From assembly GCF_964355755.1 (NCBI RefSeq), contig NC_092672.1, forward strand, positions 21,031,237 to 21,095,236: a DNA stretch of 64,000 bases. Reading direction: 5' to 3'. Every line of letters starts with the position of its first letter. Within the stretch, counting starts at the first letter, position 1. The position numbers and the translations under genes are program-made. This DNA comes from Antedon mediterranea. Its lineage: Eukaryota > Animalia > Echinodermata. Below, piece by piece: positions 24,801 through 37,266 of this stretch. The notes under the pieces are model-generated. The model was not told where the DNA came from and made no database searches. It saw only the letters and a list, made by a program, of their open reading frames with translations.

Positions 24801-26758
24801 TTGACAGTGCATCATTTTTTAAAATTTTTAAAGATGTCATCATAGTAAAACATTATAATTCATTGCGGTATGTAATAATCTATCTGCACCAAAGTGGTTA
24901 CTGCATAGTAAATACACGGAGGAATTTTTCCATAACTTTTAGTCAGTTGTGTATGGCTCGGTGGTCTTTGCTCGTGTCTATAGCTGTCAAGTACCGAGTT
25001 CGAGTCTCACCTTGGGAAACCAAACGAAATAAGATTTTTTTTATTATCCGTATTGGTTGTTCAATTATATTTCTTAGTGTATAGATTATACACATGATTT
25101 ATAATGAAATCTAAATAAAAACACAAATGTGGTTTATGACATTATATACGCAGAAAGATCTTGGATCGGATTATGATACCGGCTATTGTATTTGCGTTAG
25201 CAAGATCCTGTCATATATTATAAATAACTAATGATTCTGAGAAAATCAATCAATCAATATATCTTAAATCAATCAATTATCTTTATTTGAATCAATGCAT
25301 ATAACCTATAATTCGTCATAGTGACGAATTAAATCTAGTTTATTTATTTATTCTTTCCTTAGCACTATTTGTCCGTCAATTATCTTGATATCAGTTTCAT
25401 CTAACTCAGTCAATTTTTCAGAGTATATTCCTTATGGCCAGGAATCGATGTGGTTATATTTTCACGATGCGTAATCAAAAATTACGCGGTCTACGCGCGA
25501 TTTTACGAAATCACGTTTGTAATCATATCTTCACATTAAGCATGAATCACAATTAAACAAAATTTGGTACTCATAAATTTCAGGTCATATTTCATCATAT
25601 GGCAATAAAATTACGTGCGTAGCGCATATAACGCTTGCGTACGCGCGCTTAAAATGTTCAAAATTGTCAAAATTTATTTTCGATGAAATTAGAGTACGTT
25701 TCAGGCAATTTTAAGCGTTTAAAAAATTGCCATGAGTGCGCAGATTTTTGCACGCGCACTGCGCGTTAAACGTTAATGCGCACTCTTTTTGCCCGATTTC
25801 TGTTTTACAATCTTTCTTTAATAATATCATCATATTTGATTCAGGTTTCAACTCGAAATTGCGTTATACGAGCACGTCAAAAGTGACTGGCTACGCACGT
25901 GTAAGTTAACAAAATGGTGAAAATATGCTAAATTTTAAAATTAATATATATCGTTAGAATGCTCGGGAACAGCTATTTTTTATTTCATTTTCTTGAAGTG
26001 TATGTATCATATGTATGATTTATTATGAAATTAAGAGAACAAAAGTTGATTAAGTCATCATTAATGGCATATTAAATTTACAAAAATTAATTTCGACAAT
26101 CAAACAAATTATGACATTTTCTTAGGCCGAAATAACAAACTTAACATTAACTTTCTTTCTTAAGAAGTTCATATATTAAAGTTAAAAGTATATAGTTTGA
26201 CAGTGCATCATTTTTTTACATTTTTAAAGATGTCATCATAGTAAAAAATTATAATTCATTTCGGTATGTAATAATCTATTTGCACCAAAGTGGTTACTGC
26301 ATAGTAAATACACGAAGGAATTTTTCTATAACTTTTAGTCAGTTGTGTATGGCTCGATGGTCTGTGCTCGTGTCTATGGCATTCAAGGTACCGAGATCGA
26401 GTCTCACCTTGGGAAACGAAATAAGATTTTTTCTTTATTATCCGTATTGTTTGTTCAAATTTATTCCTTAGTGTATAGATTATACACATGGTTTATAATG
26501 AAATCTAGATAAAAATTAACTTATGTCTTTATTATTATGTAACAACAAATGTGGTTTATGACATTATACGCATATGGATCTTTGATCGGATTGTGATACC
26601 GGCTATGGTGTTCGCGTTAGCAAGGTCTTATCATATATTATAAATAATTAAAGATTCTGAAAAAATCAATCAATCAATATATATTTTAAAAATCAATTAT
26701 CTTTATTTAAATCAATGCATATAACCTATAATTCGTCATAGTGACGAATTAAATCTAG
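21884..26758 (+). mobile_element. Four headless family A units (21884-23303; 23304-24709; 24710-25338; 25339-26758)
   Basis: As above; the same deletion junction recurs at 24709; array ends CTAG|TT at 26758. Confidence 0.75.
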
Positions 26759-26819
26759 TTGTTTATTTGATTTGATATAATAATTATAATATTTGCTAAG
26801 TCTACTCTAAGACCCGTAA

Positions 26820-26924
26820 GGTCCGTATTAATGACTGGACTATCTCTGGATTTAGTCTGGACAATCTTTAGTCCTGGACTAAACCAGTATTAAAATCGGC
26901 AAAAGATAGTCATGAATACGGGCC
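26820..26924. mobile_element. ~105-bp MITE, Harbinger-like ends
   Basis: TIR GGTCCGTATTAATGACT / AGTCATGAATACGGGCC. Confidence 0.5.
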
Positions 26925-27176
26925 AATGTGATTGTGGCCTACACTATGCAGTCATTCACAGTACGCATTAACCTCAACAACAGTCACTGATCGTTTTATA
27001 TTTTAGTACATATAGATATAGATATCACATACCAGTTCATAAATCACATTTAGTCCAAAAATATCATAACCAGTAACTACAATTGAAAAACATTCATGTC
27101 AACAAGAAAAGCAACTTACAAATATATTAATAAACAACTTCCCTTAACAGGTCTGCCTCATTATTTAAGCCCTTAA

Positions 27177-30100
27177 TTAGGTGATCATTTAGAATAAAAT
27201 GATCACCTATTGTTATTGTATGAAATCTTTATTCTTCTTATTCTTATTGGTTATCCGCCTCAAGCGGATAAGCCCTTGGAATTGTAGTGTTTCTTTTTTT
27301 TTTTATTATTATTCTTCTTTCTTTCCGCCACTTTTGTACGCGACGTTTCTCTGCAACGTGTTAACATAACATGTTGTAACTTGGTAAACCTTTAGACATT
27401 TAATTGAAGATGTGCAGCCAAGCTTTTGGACGCTGTCAGAGTCGCGTAGCGTAAGTTACGCGCGATTTTCAGAAAATCTTAAATTGATCATAACTTCGAA
27501 ACCGATAAATATTTTTTAACGTAACTTGCAGCCACGTTTTCTTCACATCAATGGCTAACTTTTTCAATCTTTAGAACATTTTTGGACACTAGAAAGTTTG
27601 CGCGTAAATTGCGTTTGAAATTTTAAAAAGCTCCAAATTTGTACACGCTGTTTCTCTGCAACGCGTGAACATAACATGTTGTAACTTGGTCAACATATAG
27701 ACATTTAACTGAAGATGTGCAGCCAAGCTTTTGGACGCTGTCAGAGGCGCGTATCGTAAGTTACGCGCGATCTTCTGAAAATCTTAAATTGATCATAACT
27801 TTGAAACAAATAAATATTTTTTAACGTAATTTTCAGCCACGTTTGCTTTACATTAATTGTTAACTTTTTTATCCCTACCGAATTTTGTAACATTAGAAAG
27901 TGCGTGCGTAAACGGCGTTTGAAATTTTAAAATGCTTCAAATCAATTTCTGATTAAATTAGAGCACGTTTCAGGTCATTTTAAGGGTTTAAAAATTGCCA
28001 CTGGTGCGCATATTTTTACGCGCGCACGGCGCAGGGAACGCGTATAAGCTTTTCTTTTACATACATTGTGTTTTTCAAACTTAGGTTAACAATTTTACGT
28101 TATCTTAATCACTTTTCAACTTGAAATGGCGTTCTACGAGCACGTTAAACATGACTGGTTGCGCACGAAAACGTCAAAAAATTGTGAAAATGTTGCAAAA
28201 TATGTCTACTTTTAAAAGTGATACAGTTCATCAGAATGCAAGGTTACCCCCATTTTTTATTTTATTTTATTACAGTCTATGAATCGTAGGTCTGATTTAT
28301 TATAGTGTTGAATGTTAAAACGTGTTTGATTGCTACATTATTTGCATATTAAATATAATTTTCAAAATTTTTATCATCAAACAAATAATAACATATTCAA
28401 AGAGCAAAACAATAAACATAACGTTTATCTTTTTTCTTTACATGTTATTATATAAAACTTGAAAGTATGCACTTTGCTAATATGTCACTGTTTAAAATTT
28501 GTGAAGATTTCATCATATTAAAATTTATGATTTAAGTTTGATATGTAATAATCAACTTGCATCGAGGGGATTCACGACATACCGAATGAACGAGGACTCT
28601 TCTTTCGGATTTTCTTCAGCAGGTGCTTATATGGCTCGATGTGTAGTGCAACCAACTTCGGTATCAGAGGTACCGGGTTCAAATCTCATCACGGGAAAAC
28701 AATTAAATAAAAGCATTTGTTTGGTTATTACACTGAAAGGGCAGTTTTAATTTTGAATAGGCTACTTTTTGGAAAAATCACAACTGAAAAGTACTTGAAT
28801 GCGCTAGATACGTTTTATTGCGGGCGGATAACCAAACTCGTCCTCAAGTGACGAGTTCAGATCTAGTTATTTATTTCTCTCTGTACAGATTTTGTGTAAC
28901 AAATATCTCAAAAAGTTTAATTTTAATGATTACCAAAATTTCACAATGTCTTTCAAATACGTTAACTTAGTCCTAATAAGCTTTTCAGCGTGATCACTCA
29001 TCCGTGACGTCACGTATACGCCATTTTGTGAAATCACATTATCAATCATATCTCCATAATTCATTATCACATATTAATGAAAATCACTACACGTAAACTT
29101 AAGGTCAAGATAAAAAATATTAGCAAATAAAAACTCGGGCGTTTCAAGGTCATGCGCGTGAAATCGCGCGTTGAAATTTTAAAAAGCTCAAAATTTAGTT
29201 TTTATCAATTTAGAGCATGAAATAGGCCATTTGCGTGTTTAAAAAAATTACTGCGCAAAAACACATTTTTGCGCACGCGATGTTTAAAAAGGGTAAAAAA
29301 TAAAATTTGATGTATACATCATATTCTACTCACAATCCTTAGTACATTCTCCGACTTTGAGTCCATTCCGACTTAAAATAACGCTATACGAGCACGTTAA
29401 AAATGACAAAATGCGCACATTAATTGTACAAAAGTGCTAAAAATGGTAAAAAAATAAGGCCTTTTTAAAATGAATATAACTCTTCAGAATGGCAGGTGAC
29501 CCCCAATTTTTTTAACTTATTATGAAAGCCAATAAGTTGTAGATATAAATATATATACATATTAGACGTACAAAATGGTATGACGTCATCAAATGGCCAC
29601 TTGAATTTAAAAATTTGTAATTATTATCTTTTTGTGTGGGTTATCACATTCAATAGAGCGCATCTCCGTTATTTGAGCCCAATTTTTGCACACATTTTAG
29701 TATGTGCTTGCTCAATTAATTATCTTTCTCATAAGTTGTCAACATTTTTATTTTGATGACGTCATCACGCGTAAAAACTTGAATAACTTAGGTTGTGTAA
29801 TTTCAGCTACACCATACATTTGAATATCTTATAGCTCCTCAGAATTAAAGGTGACCTTGAATATTATAATTTATTATGAAAGCTGATGAAATGTAGATAT
29901 GAATTCATATAAAAATTAAGCCTATCGGATGTTGTGATGTTATCATATGGCCAGTTGAAGTTAAAAAGTAGTTTTTAAATTTCTTTAGTCGAAGTTATAC
30001 AAATTTCAAAGAGCGCGCATTGCGCTTCTACGTGTCAAATTCTCTTCCAATCCTTATATTTATTTGCTCAATTCATTATCTTTCGAAATTGTCATCTTCG

Positions 30101-30391
30101 AGTTTATTTTGATAATTCCATCATACCAAAAAATTTGAACTTGATGTGTGTCCCATAATTTCACCTATGCTACACTGTATATACACTGTATATAGATATA
30201 CAGTATATACTGTACATTGTATATGGCATATAATAGGCATAACTATAGCAATATAAGCGTATAATAGGATGGCATACATCAACATTTTCCTATCGTATGT
30301 TAACGTACGTACATGTTTAAAAAAAATTAATTTCATTAAAATTATAAAAATGATCACCTATAATTCGTCAAAGTGACGAATTAAATTCTAG
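27177..30391 (+). mobile_element. Helentron-like element, family C, interrupted by a B copy
   Basis: Head TAGGTGATCATTT-agaata-AAATGATCACCTA; (ATTCTT)n; 3' subTIR AAATGATCACCTA; stem-loop TAATTCGTCA-aag-TGACGAATTA; CTAG|TT. Confidence 0.8.
27247..28866 (+). mobile_element. Family B element nested in the microsatellite of family C
   Basis: Complete B termini; C sequence resumes TTATTTATTTCTCTC at 28867. Confidence 0.82.
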
Positions 30392-31559
30392 TTTCAAAAC
30401 TGAACTTGTCATGGCACACAACAAAGCGGCAAGTACGCCACCAATATTGGAACGAAGTGATAACAGTTATCAGACATTCAAACACTCTCCGTTTATTTAA
30501 GTGTTGATATACTATTTGTTAGCAAAGTGTATTTAGAAGTGATAGCGAGTTTACAGTAGGCCTGTAAAGATGGCCTATGATTGTGTAAATGCTATTTTAG
30601 GAAACAAATGCAAACTTTATGTCTGTTCTGTTATACTAGTAGGACTACTTTAACTAAAATCATTGGTAATGTTTGTCTTGCTAAAAGATGTTGCTAGTAC
30701 TAGTAGTTGTACTCAAAGATGTATTGTCCCACAAAAACATGAAAAATGAAGATTAATTAAATCAGACTAATAAAGTTAATCAATTCCGTAGGAAAAAAAA
30801 ATGTTTTCACTTATAAAATAACATAATAAATAGTTAAATTCAACCAAAAATCCATTGACTGGCAGCCAATTTGACCATTTTTGCTTAAATACATTTTTTC
30901 CAATTTATCCAAAAGTGGATAACTATCATGTGACATTAAATGGCATATTGAAAAAGTTAAAGTTAAAAATTATTTTTCAGGGGGGACAATACATCTTTAA
31001 ACGAAATTTCCTAGGTTTAATCAATTTAGTAGGCCTAGTATATATGGTCGCAATAAAGTGTATTTTGATTGTATGAGCATTAAGCGATTGATTATTCAAA
31101 CTTTCGCTTGTCATTTAATTTAATTTAATTGTCATTTAATATTTAGTTTTAATTGGTTAAAACAACGAAAGGAATGTGCTCACCCCCACAACTAACGTAT
31201 GCACTATTTTCTATAAATCGATAACAGGCCTATTAGAAGTAAAATAGGCATACAACTTATTTTTCTAAGCATGCAATTTGGGTAAAAATACACACAATTT
31301 TTCAATAAAAATAGGTAGTCTGTGTAAAAAATAATATAAAAATATATTAGTTGTTAAGGTTTTTTTTTAAAAACGTAGGGCTACAATAAAACAATGTTAA
31401 AAATTTGATTAATTAATATAAGTCATTGCAGTCAATTCCCAGGTACGTACTTCTCAAGATCCAGGTCATAGAATGTAGAGTAAGTAACTCTTCTTCAACA
31501 ACAGCAGCACACGTGTGGCATGATGGCTCATCAAAAAAAGTTCTCAAAATGAAACATGT

Positions 31560-32060
31560 ATTTATATGGGGTGAACATGTTGTTACGTTTGTTACCGGTT
31601 ATATTTTATGGTAATTAATAATTTATAGAACAGTGAATGTTAGGAAAAAATGGCGGAATAAATGTAAGGGTACACTCAGCTACTAAACTATAATTAGGCC
31701 TAGGCCTAGCTATGCCTAGGCCTAGGCTAAATACTACGTACTAGCTAGGCCTAGCCTAGGCCTAGCTAGGCACAAGTGTCTGTAGGCCTACTTATGTAGG
31801 GTGATGTAGGCCTAAGGCTATACTACTAACTACTTTCTCTAGGCCTAGGCCTAAATACTAAATACTACTAACTAGGCCTAGTGTCTGTCTATAGGCCTAG
31901 GCCTACTTATGTAAGTTGATGTAGGCCTAAGTAAGGCTATACTACTAGACAAAAAGGGTGCTAGAGTAATACATAGGAGGAGGAACAGGTAAGGCTGGAC
32001 CAGGCCTAGGCCTAGTACAAGTTAGGCTTATAGCTAGCTAGATACTGTTTAGGCATAGCC
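31560..32060. promoter_or_regulatory. Candidate promoter/first-exon region followed by a TAGGCCTA-rich tract
   Basis: YY1-like AAAATGGCGG at 31647-31656; donor-like GTAAGG at 31664; dense TAGGCCTA/CTAG palindromes at 31695-32060. Confidence 0.3.
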
Positions 32061-32365
32061 TACTAGGATCATCATAATAGCAGTTTTCATACTGGAATTA
32101 CGGAAAAAGGTTAAAGGTTTCAAGATGGTTTTAGGCCTGGGGTTAAACCATATAATATTTATATTATAAATAAAGGAAGTAAATTCATTGGTTAGTGTTC
32201 ATTAAATATCTTTGTATCAAAATTGATTAAATTCACAGCGTTAATGAATGGTGGCACAGAATAGTTAGCTCTTGTTAAGAAAGCTAATTGTAATACTTTA
32301 CTCTCTATCCAAATTAGCTATTAAATCAAATCAACATCACAGGCAGAATGGCAAAGCATACCCGT

Positions 32366-32925
32366 TTCGTGAGGTTAATTTCCCGATTGATCGAAATCAA
32401 AACGGTACTGGGTATGGTCTACTAGTTTTTCTGCTCCCAACCAGTACATCCATTCATAGAAGCTTTGATGAAGTAAGCCTAGCTGGTGGTAACCATAGAA
32501 CGGTTCCGAGATAACGACTATACTTCGGCTTTAGTCGACAGAAGTTTGAAAAAATTGTTAGAGATAGAGTATACGATGTTTGATTACGCACGTGTAGATG
32601 TGTGATTTGTTCTTTTTATTCAAATGATGTTATGTATTTAATAATATTCGTGAGGTTAATTTCCCGATTGATCGAAATCAAAACGGTACTGGGTATGGTC
32701 TACTAGTTTTTCTGTTCCCAACCAGTACATCCATTCATAGAAGCTTTGATGAAGTAAGCCTACCTGGTGGTAACCATAGAACGGTTCCGCGATAACGACT
32801 ATACTTCGGCTTTAGTCGACAGAAGTTTGAAAAAATTGTTAGAGATAGAGTATACGATGTTTGATTACGTACGTGTAGATGTGTGATTTGTTCTTTTTAT
32901 TCAAATGATGTTATGTATTTAATAA
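32366..32925. repeat. 281-bp tandem duplication
   Basis: 32366-32646 is nearly identical to 32647-32925. Confidence 0.92.
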
Positions 32926-33321
32926 ATTTGTTATATCAATTAATTCAATTATCGTAGATTGCATATTATGCAATAAATATTATTTAATATATTTGTTAGT
33001 ATAAATTAAAAATATAGATATAAGGAAGAAAAGCAAAGAGATTATGGAGCGGCTGTACCAGAATATACAACACTAAGTATTGTAAAGTTAATATATTAAA
33101 AATTTAGGCGATCTTGTCAAAGGTCAAGCGCCTTCAACCTGCCACGTTTCGATATTCAATATTGAACTTGACCTACACACACACTCACATTTCTACTTTT
33201 CTAAGGACACAATTACAACTCCACTCCCAAAGACTTGTAATAAGACTTTGTTTATGTAGAGCATCTTGTGTATATGTTTGTCTTGTGAACCTACTCTGAG
33301 GGTCCCTAATGATCAGCAATT

Positions 33322-36112
33322 TTTTTGTTTTAATCTTATGTGGGTTCATCCCACTTTTATTTCCATACAACTGTTCTCTTTACATATATTTTTCACTATA
33401 CACTATACATATCATTATATTTACAATGTTTGTTTAATCATCTGTTTACATATACTTATTTAAAGAGTTTTATTCATTTGTTTGCATATTATCACATTGA
33501 TTACATAGCTTCCTCTTTTTAAACATATTATCTGTAACACATTTTCATTAACAAGCTTATTTTTTTCTTACATAGTTGTTTTTGATTTTTTCATCTACCA
33601 CATTTTCATTTAACAATGCATATTCTCTGTTATACTCATTACTTACTAAATGTTTACTGTTAACATAATATTGTTCTCATCCTTTAACATTAATATTAAT
33701 ATTTTTGTTCTTTAATGTTTACAAAACTTTTATTTCCGGCAGATTATCCTTTTTTTGCATCTATAACTTCTTAAATTTTCATTTAACTTTTTTACTTTCT
33801 TCTCTTATGTGGATTCATTCCACTTTGTTTTTACTTATTTTCTTTAAAAAAAAACTATTTCCATATATTATTTTGTTTATACATACATTATCATTTAACC
33901 ACATTGATTACATAGTTTCCTCTTTTTATACATATTATCTATAATAACACATTTTCATTAACAAAGCTTATTTTTTCTTACATAGTTGTTTTTGTTTTTT
34001 TTTCATCTACATGCATATTTATTTCATACAATTATAATACGTTTATGTTTAATAAATCCATCCCATGGGTTTGTCCCATTTTATTTTTCTTTGGATTTAT
34101 CTATGCAAACATATTTTCATTTAAACAATGCATATTCTCTGTTATACTAATTACTTACTAACTTTTTACTGTTAACATTATATTTTCCTCATCCTTTAAC
34201 ATTGATTTTTTGATCTTTAAATGTTTACAAAATTTATTTCCAACAGATTATCCTTTTTTACATCTACAGTATAACCCATCAAAGTTTCATTTAACTTTTT
34301 TTTTCTTATGTGGGTTCATTCAATTTTTTTTTTACTTATTATTTATTCTATTATTTTTTTATACATACATTATCATTTAACAACATTTATGTTTAATGAT
34401 CCATTAAAAAAAATAGACATTTTTTTTTCTTTTTAACCATTTTATCATTTCAAAATTCCACATGCAGTAAGAATGTGCAAATTACATATACCTATATATC
34501 ATTTTTTTATCATCAATCTATAAAAAGCTTTTCACATTTTGTCTTTTTGTTTTCAAATCATCAAGGTATACATATTTACAAAACATACAATATAGTAGCA
34601 AGAAAAGAAAAAACATAATAGATTCATCATTCATGGTATCTCATTTACATATTTTCTTCCTTAATCTGGTTGAGCATATACAGTATACCTGCAGATTTAC
34701 ATATTTCTTATCTTTTTTTCAGATTTAAACATTTGTAGGAGATTGATTTTTTTTCTTTTTTCAATAAACTTAATATCTTTACTTTATAAATACAAAATGC
34801 TCCTAAAGTGTATAATTTATTTACGTAATTATTGTCAGTTTCAAATAAAAGTCTTTTGAAAGAAAAAACAGGAATATGTATGCTTACTGCTCTAATTATT
34901 TCGTTTATCTCTCTCCATAAACATTTTACTGTTATGCACTCTACTAACATATGTTTATCATTCTCAATAACATTGCATGTGTCACAACATGACAAGTCTC
35001 CACCTATGTAATCTTTCATTTGTTGGCAATATTCTGTGCAACAATTTAAAATTAAAATGTGCTAGTTTTTTTTCTTTAAGACCAGAAACTTTCTAACCCA
35101 TATTTTTGTCCATGGCATATTACCAAATATGGATTCCCACTTAACCTGTGCCGTAGGCGTAATATATTGAGCATCTATTATGAATCTATATAATTGTCTA
35201 GACGTCATATTTAAGACCTTATTGTTTGTAATAGGTATATCATTTACATTAATGTCATGTGTTGATTTTAAAATACATTTCCATTCTTTTGGAATGGCTT
35301 TCAATGTACATGAATATTCACTGATCCAATTTTGTGTACATCTTAACCTTCTTGTTATCTCTATCGCAGGCTTAAACACATTATTATTTATTACATCATA
35401 TCTTTTTAAAAACCCTGATCTAATCCAGTTACAGTTATATAACGGCTTCTTTTTAATACATATAAACTCATTACCCCATAATGATTGATTAATAATGTCA
35501 TCATAGCTTATTGGTTCCTTTATTTAATCTATTATTACAAGCATTAGCTACTGCTATAGACTTAATAACTCAGCTGAGAGGTAAAATGGTGGTACGGATA
35601 TATTACACGGAACTTGTGATAAATTTGAGGTTAATGATTTTGGGCCTATTTTTTCTATATAAAATGTAGGTAAATATTTCCATTTGGCATCATCGTTTTC
35701 ATACAGTCTCCTGTACCATTTAACTTGGAAAGATATTACCTGAGATCTGAATTCTACCATTTTTAGACCACCTTGACTGTAATTGGCACACATGGTTTTT
35801 CTTTTTATTTTCTCTTTCTTAGTTTCCCAAATGAATTTAAAAATTAATTTATCCACCTCTTTTATTACTTTTTCTGGTACTAGCAAAATGCTGGAATTGT
35901 ATATAATTTTTGAGAGCGCTAATGTTTTTACAATAGTAATTCTTCCAAAAAAAGTGAGGTGTCTTTTCTCCCATGTTTTTAGGGTATTTTCTAATGTGTC
36001 TATTTTTTCTTTCCAGTTCTTTTGATAACAATATTCCTTATCATGTCCAACATAGATACCTAATATCCGAATTGGTGTGGATGTCCAAGAAATGTTACCA
36101 TGTGTGTCCTGC
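33322..36112 (-). mobile_element. 5'-truncated L1/Tx1-clade non-LTR retrotransposon
   Basis: 14-bp TSD AATGATCAGCAATT (33308-33321 and 36113-36126); short A tail; ~1.4-kb A-rich 3' UTR with internal duplications. Confidence 0.85.
34708..36112 (-). pseudogene. Disrupted C-terminal part of LINE ORF2 (end of RT, then zinc knuckle)
   Basis: IRILGIY..NWKEKI..LTFFGRITIVKTLALSK..GGLKM and CDTC..HMLVEC, spread over three broken ORFs. Confidence 0.85.
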
Positions 36113-37039
36113 AATGATCAGCAATTGCTGGATGGATCACCCTCATTAAATATGGTTAAAAAAAAATATTAAAAACTGTAAATCAAGAAAAACAACATAA
36201 AAAAGTAAGTCACAATGTGTACATCATCATCATCATTTCATAGCCTTTGTCAGCTTATTGATCATGTCATCTGGACTGATTTTAATAATATTTATTTTTC
36301 TCTTTTATTCTCTATCTAGAAAATCATGGCACTTTCAACTTTTAAATCCCAAAAAAATAAAAAAAATGTATAGAATTTGTCAAATTTTATATATATTTAT
36401 TAACATAGTAAATAAGTCAATACAGTAATTGTGTCATATTTGTTGTGATTGTTTGTTATCCAAACATGATAAATATTTGTATACATTACCTTTTTTTTAT
36501 ACATCATTAATGATCATAACAGTTTAAATTTGTAACTAACTTTATCATATAGATTTTGCCTCTTTCACTGTAAATGAATTGATAAAATGCACTTTGTGAA
36601 GTGAAACAAATTAATGTAATAAAATTCACTTAATGAAATAAATTAAATCAATAAATTTAAACTCGGATTACAAATACTGCCACCAGTGTCCCAACATTTG
36701 AGATCACTTCTTTCTTGGGGCCTGTTTCTGCTGCATAAAAATAACCGGTTAAAATCGGTGTGAATAAATTAAAATCGGTGTGAATAAATTAACTCCATTT
36801 TCTTGGCAGCAGAAACAGGACAAATTTGTGGTAACCGGTTAAAACGCAGCGCAAAATCACCGGTTAAAAACACCAATTTAAATCGGTGTTAGAACGCCGT
36901 TTAACCGGTAATCGCTGAGCAATTCTTAGCTGCAACACAAAATAACGGTTATTTGATTGACAGTTGTGACCCCGCGTCAGATACCGTCGCGTACCATGTG
37001 TGTTTTCCTTGTGGTTTTGACAGTCGAACGAAGAAGTGA

Positions 37040-37235
37040 AAGTGGATGAATGAAAATCACAACATATGTTATTCAGTTGTGGGGGGAAGATGTGGGGGGA
37101 AGATGTGGGGGGAAGATGTGGGGGGAAGAGAAAGTGCGGGGAAGTATGGCAGGCAATAGAAAAGATTCACAGATATATAAGAGCATTTTTGCGAAAGTAA
37201 AAGAGGAATTCGGGGTGGAGTTCCGAACTACCCAA
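37040..37235 (+). pseudogene. Myb/SANT-like (trihelix) DNA-binding domain remnant, typical of the Harbinger accessory ORF
   Basis: W..YVIQLWGEEKVRGSMAGNRKDSQIYKSIFAKVKEEFGVEFRT; disrupted by a frameshift and a 13-bp repeat x4 (TGTGGGGGGAAGA). Confidence 0.6.
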
Positions 37236-37266
37236 GCTAAACAATTTGAGGCTTCACGCTCGCGAA

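Larger units (their letters stand above)
33205..36165 (+). mobile_element. SINE-like repeat fragment split by a LINE (33205-33321 + 36113-36165)
   Basis: The joined halves match the reverse complement of 51765-51915. Confidence 0.65.

Noticed and set aside
1183-26489. Recurrent 60-95 aa ORFs (MKLEYVSG..., MYIFRDV..., MPLVRTF...) as a multigene family
   Set aside because: They are chance frames in repeated non-coding element bodies; several copies have stops or frameshifts and none shows a recognisable domain
27033-27076. 44-nt minus-strand exon (TGYDIFGLNVIYEL) with AG/GTATGT borders
   Set aside because: Single short candidate with no partner exon or domain match; could be chance
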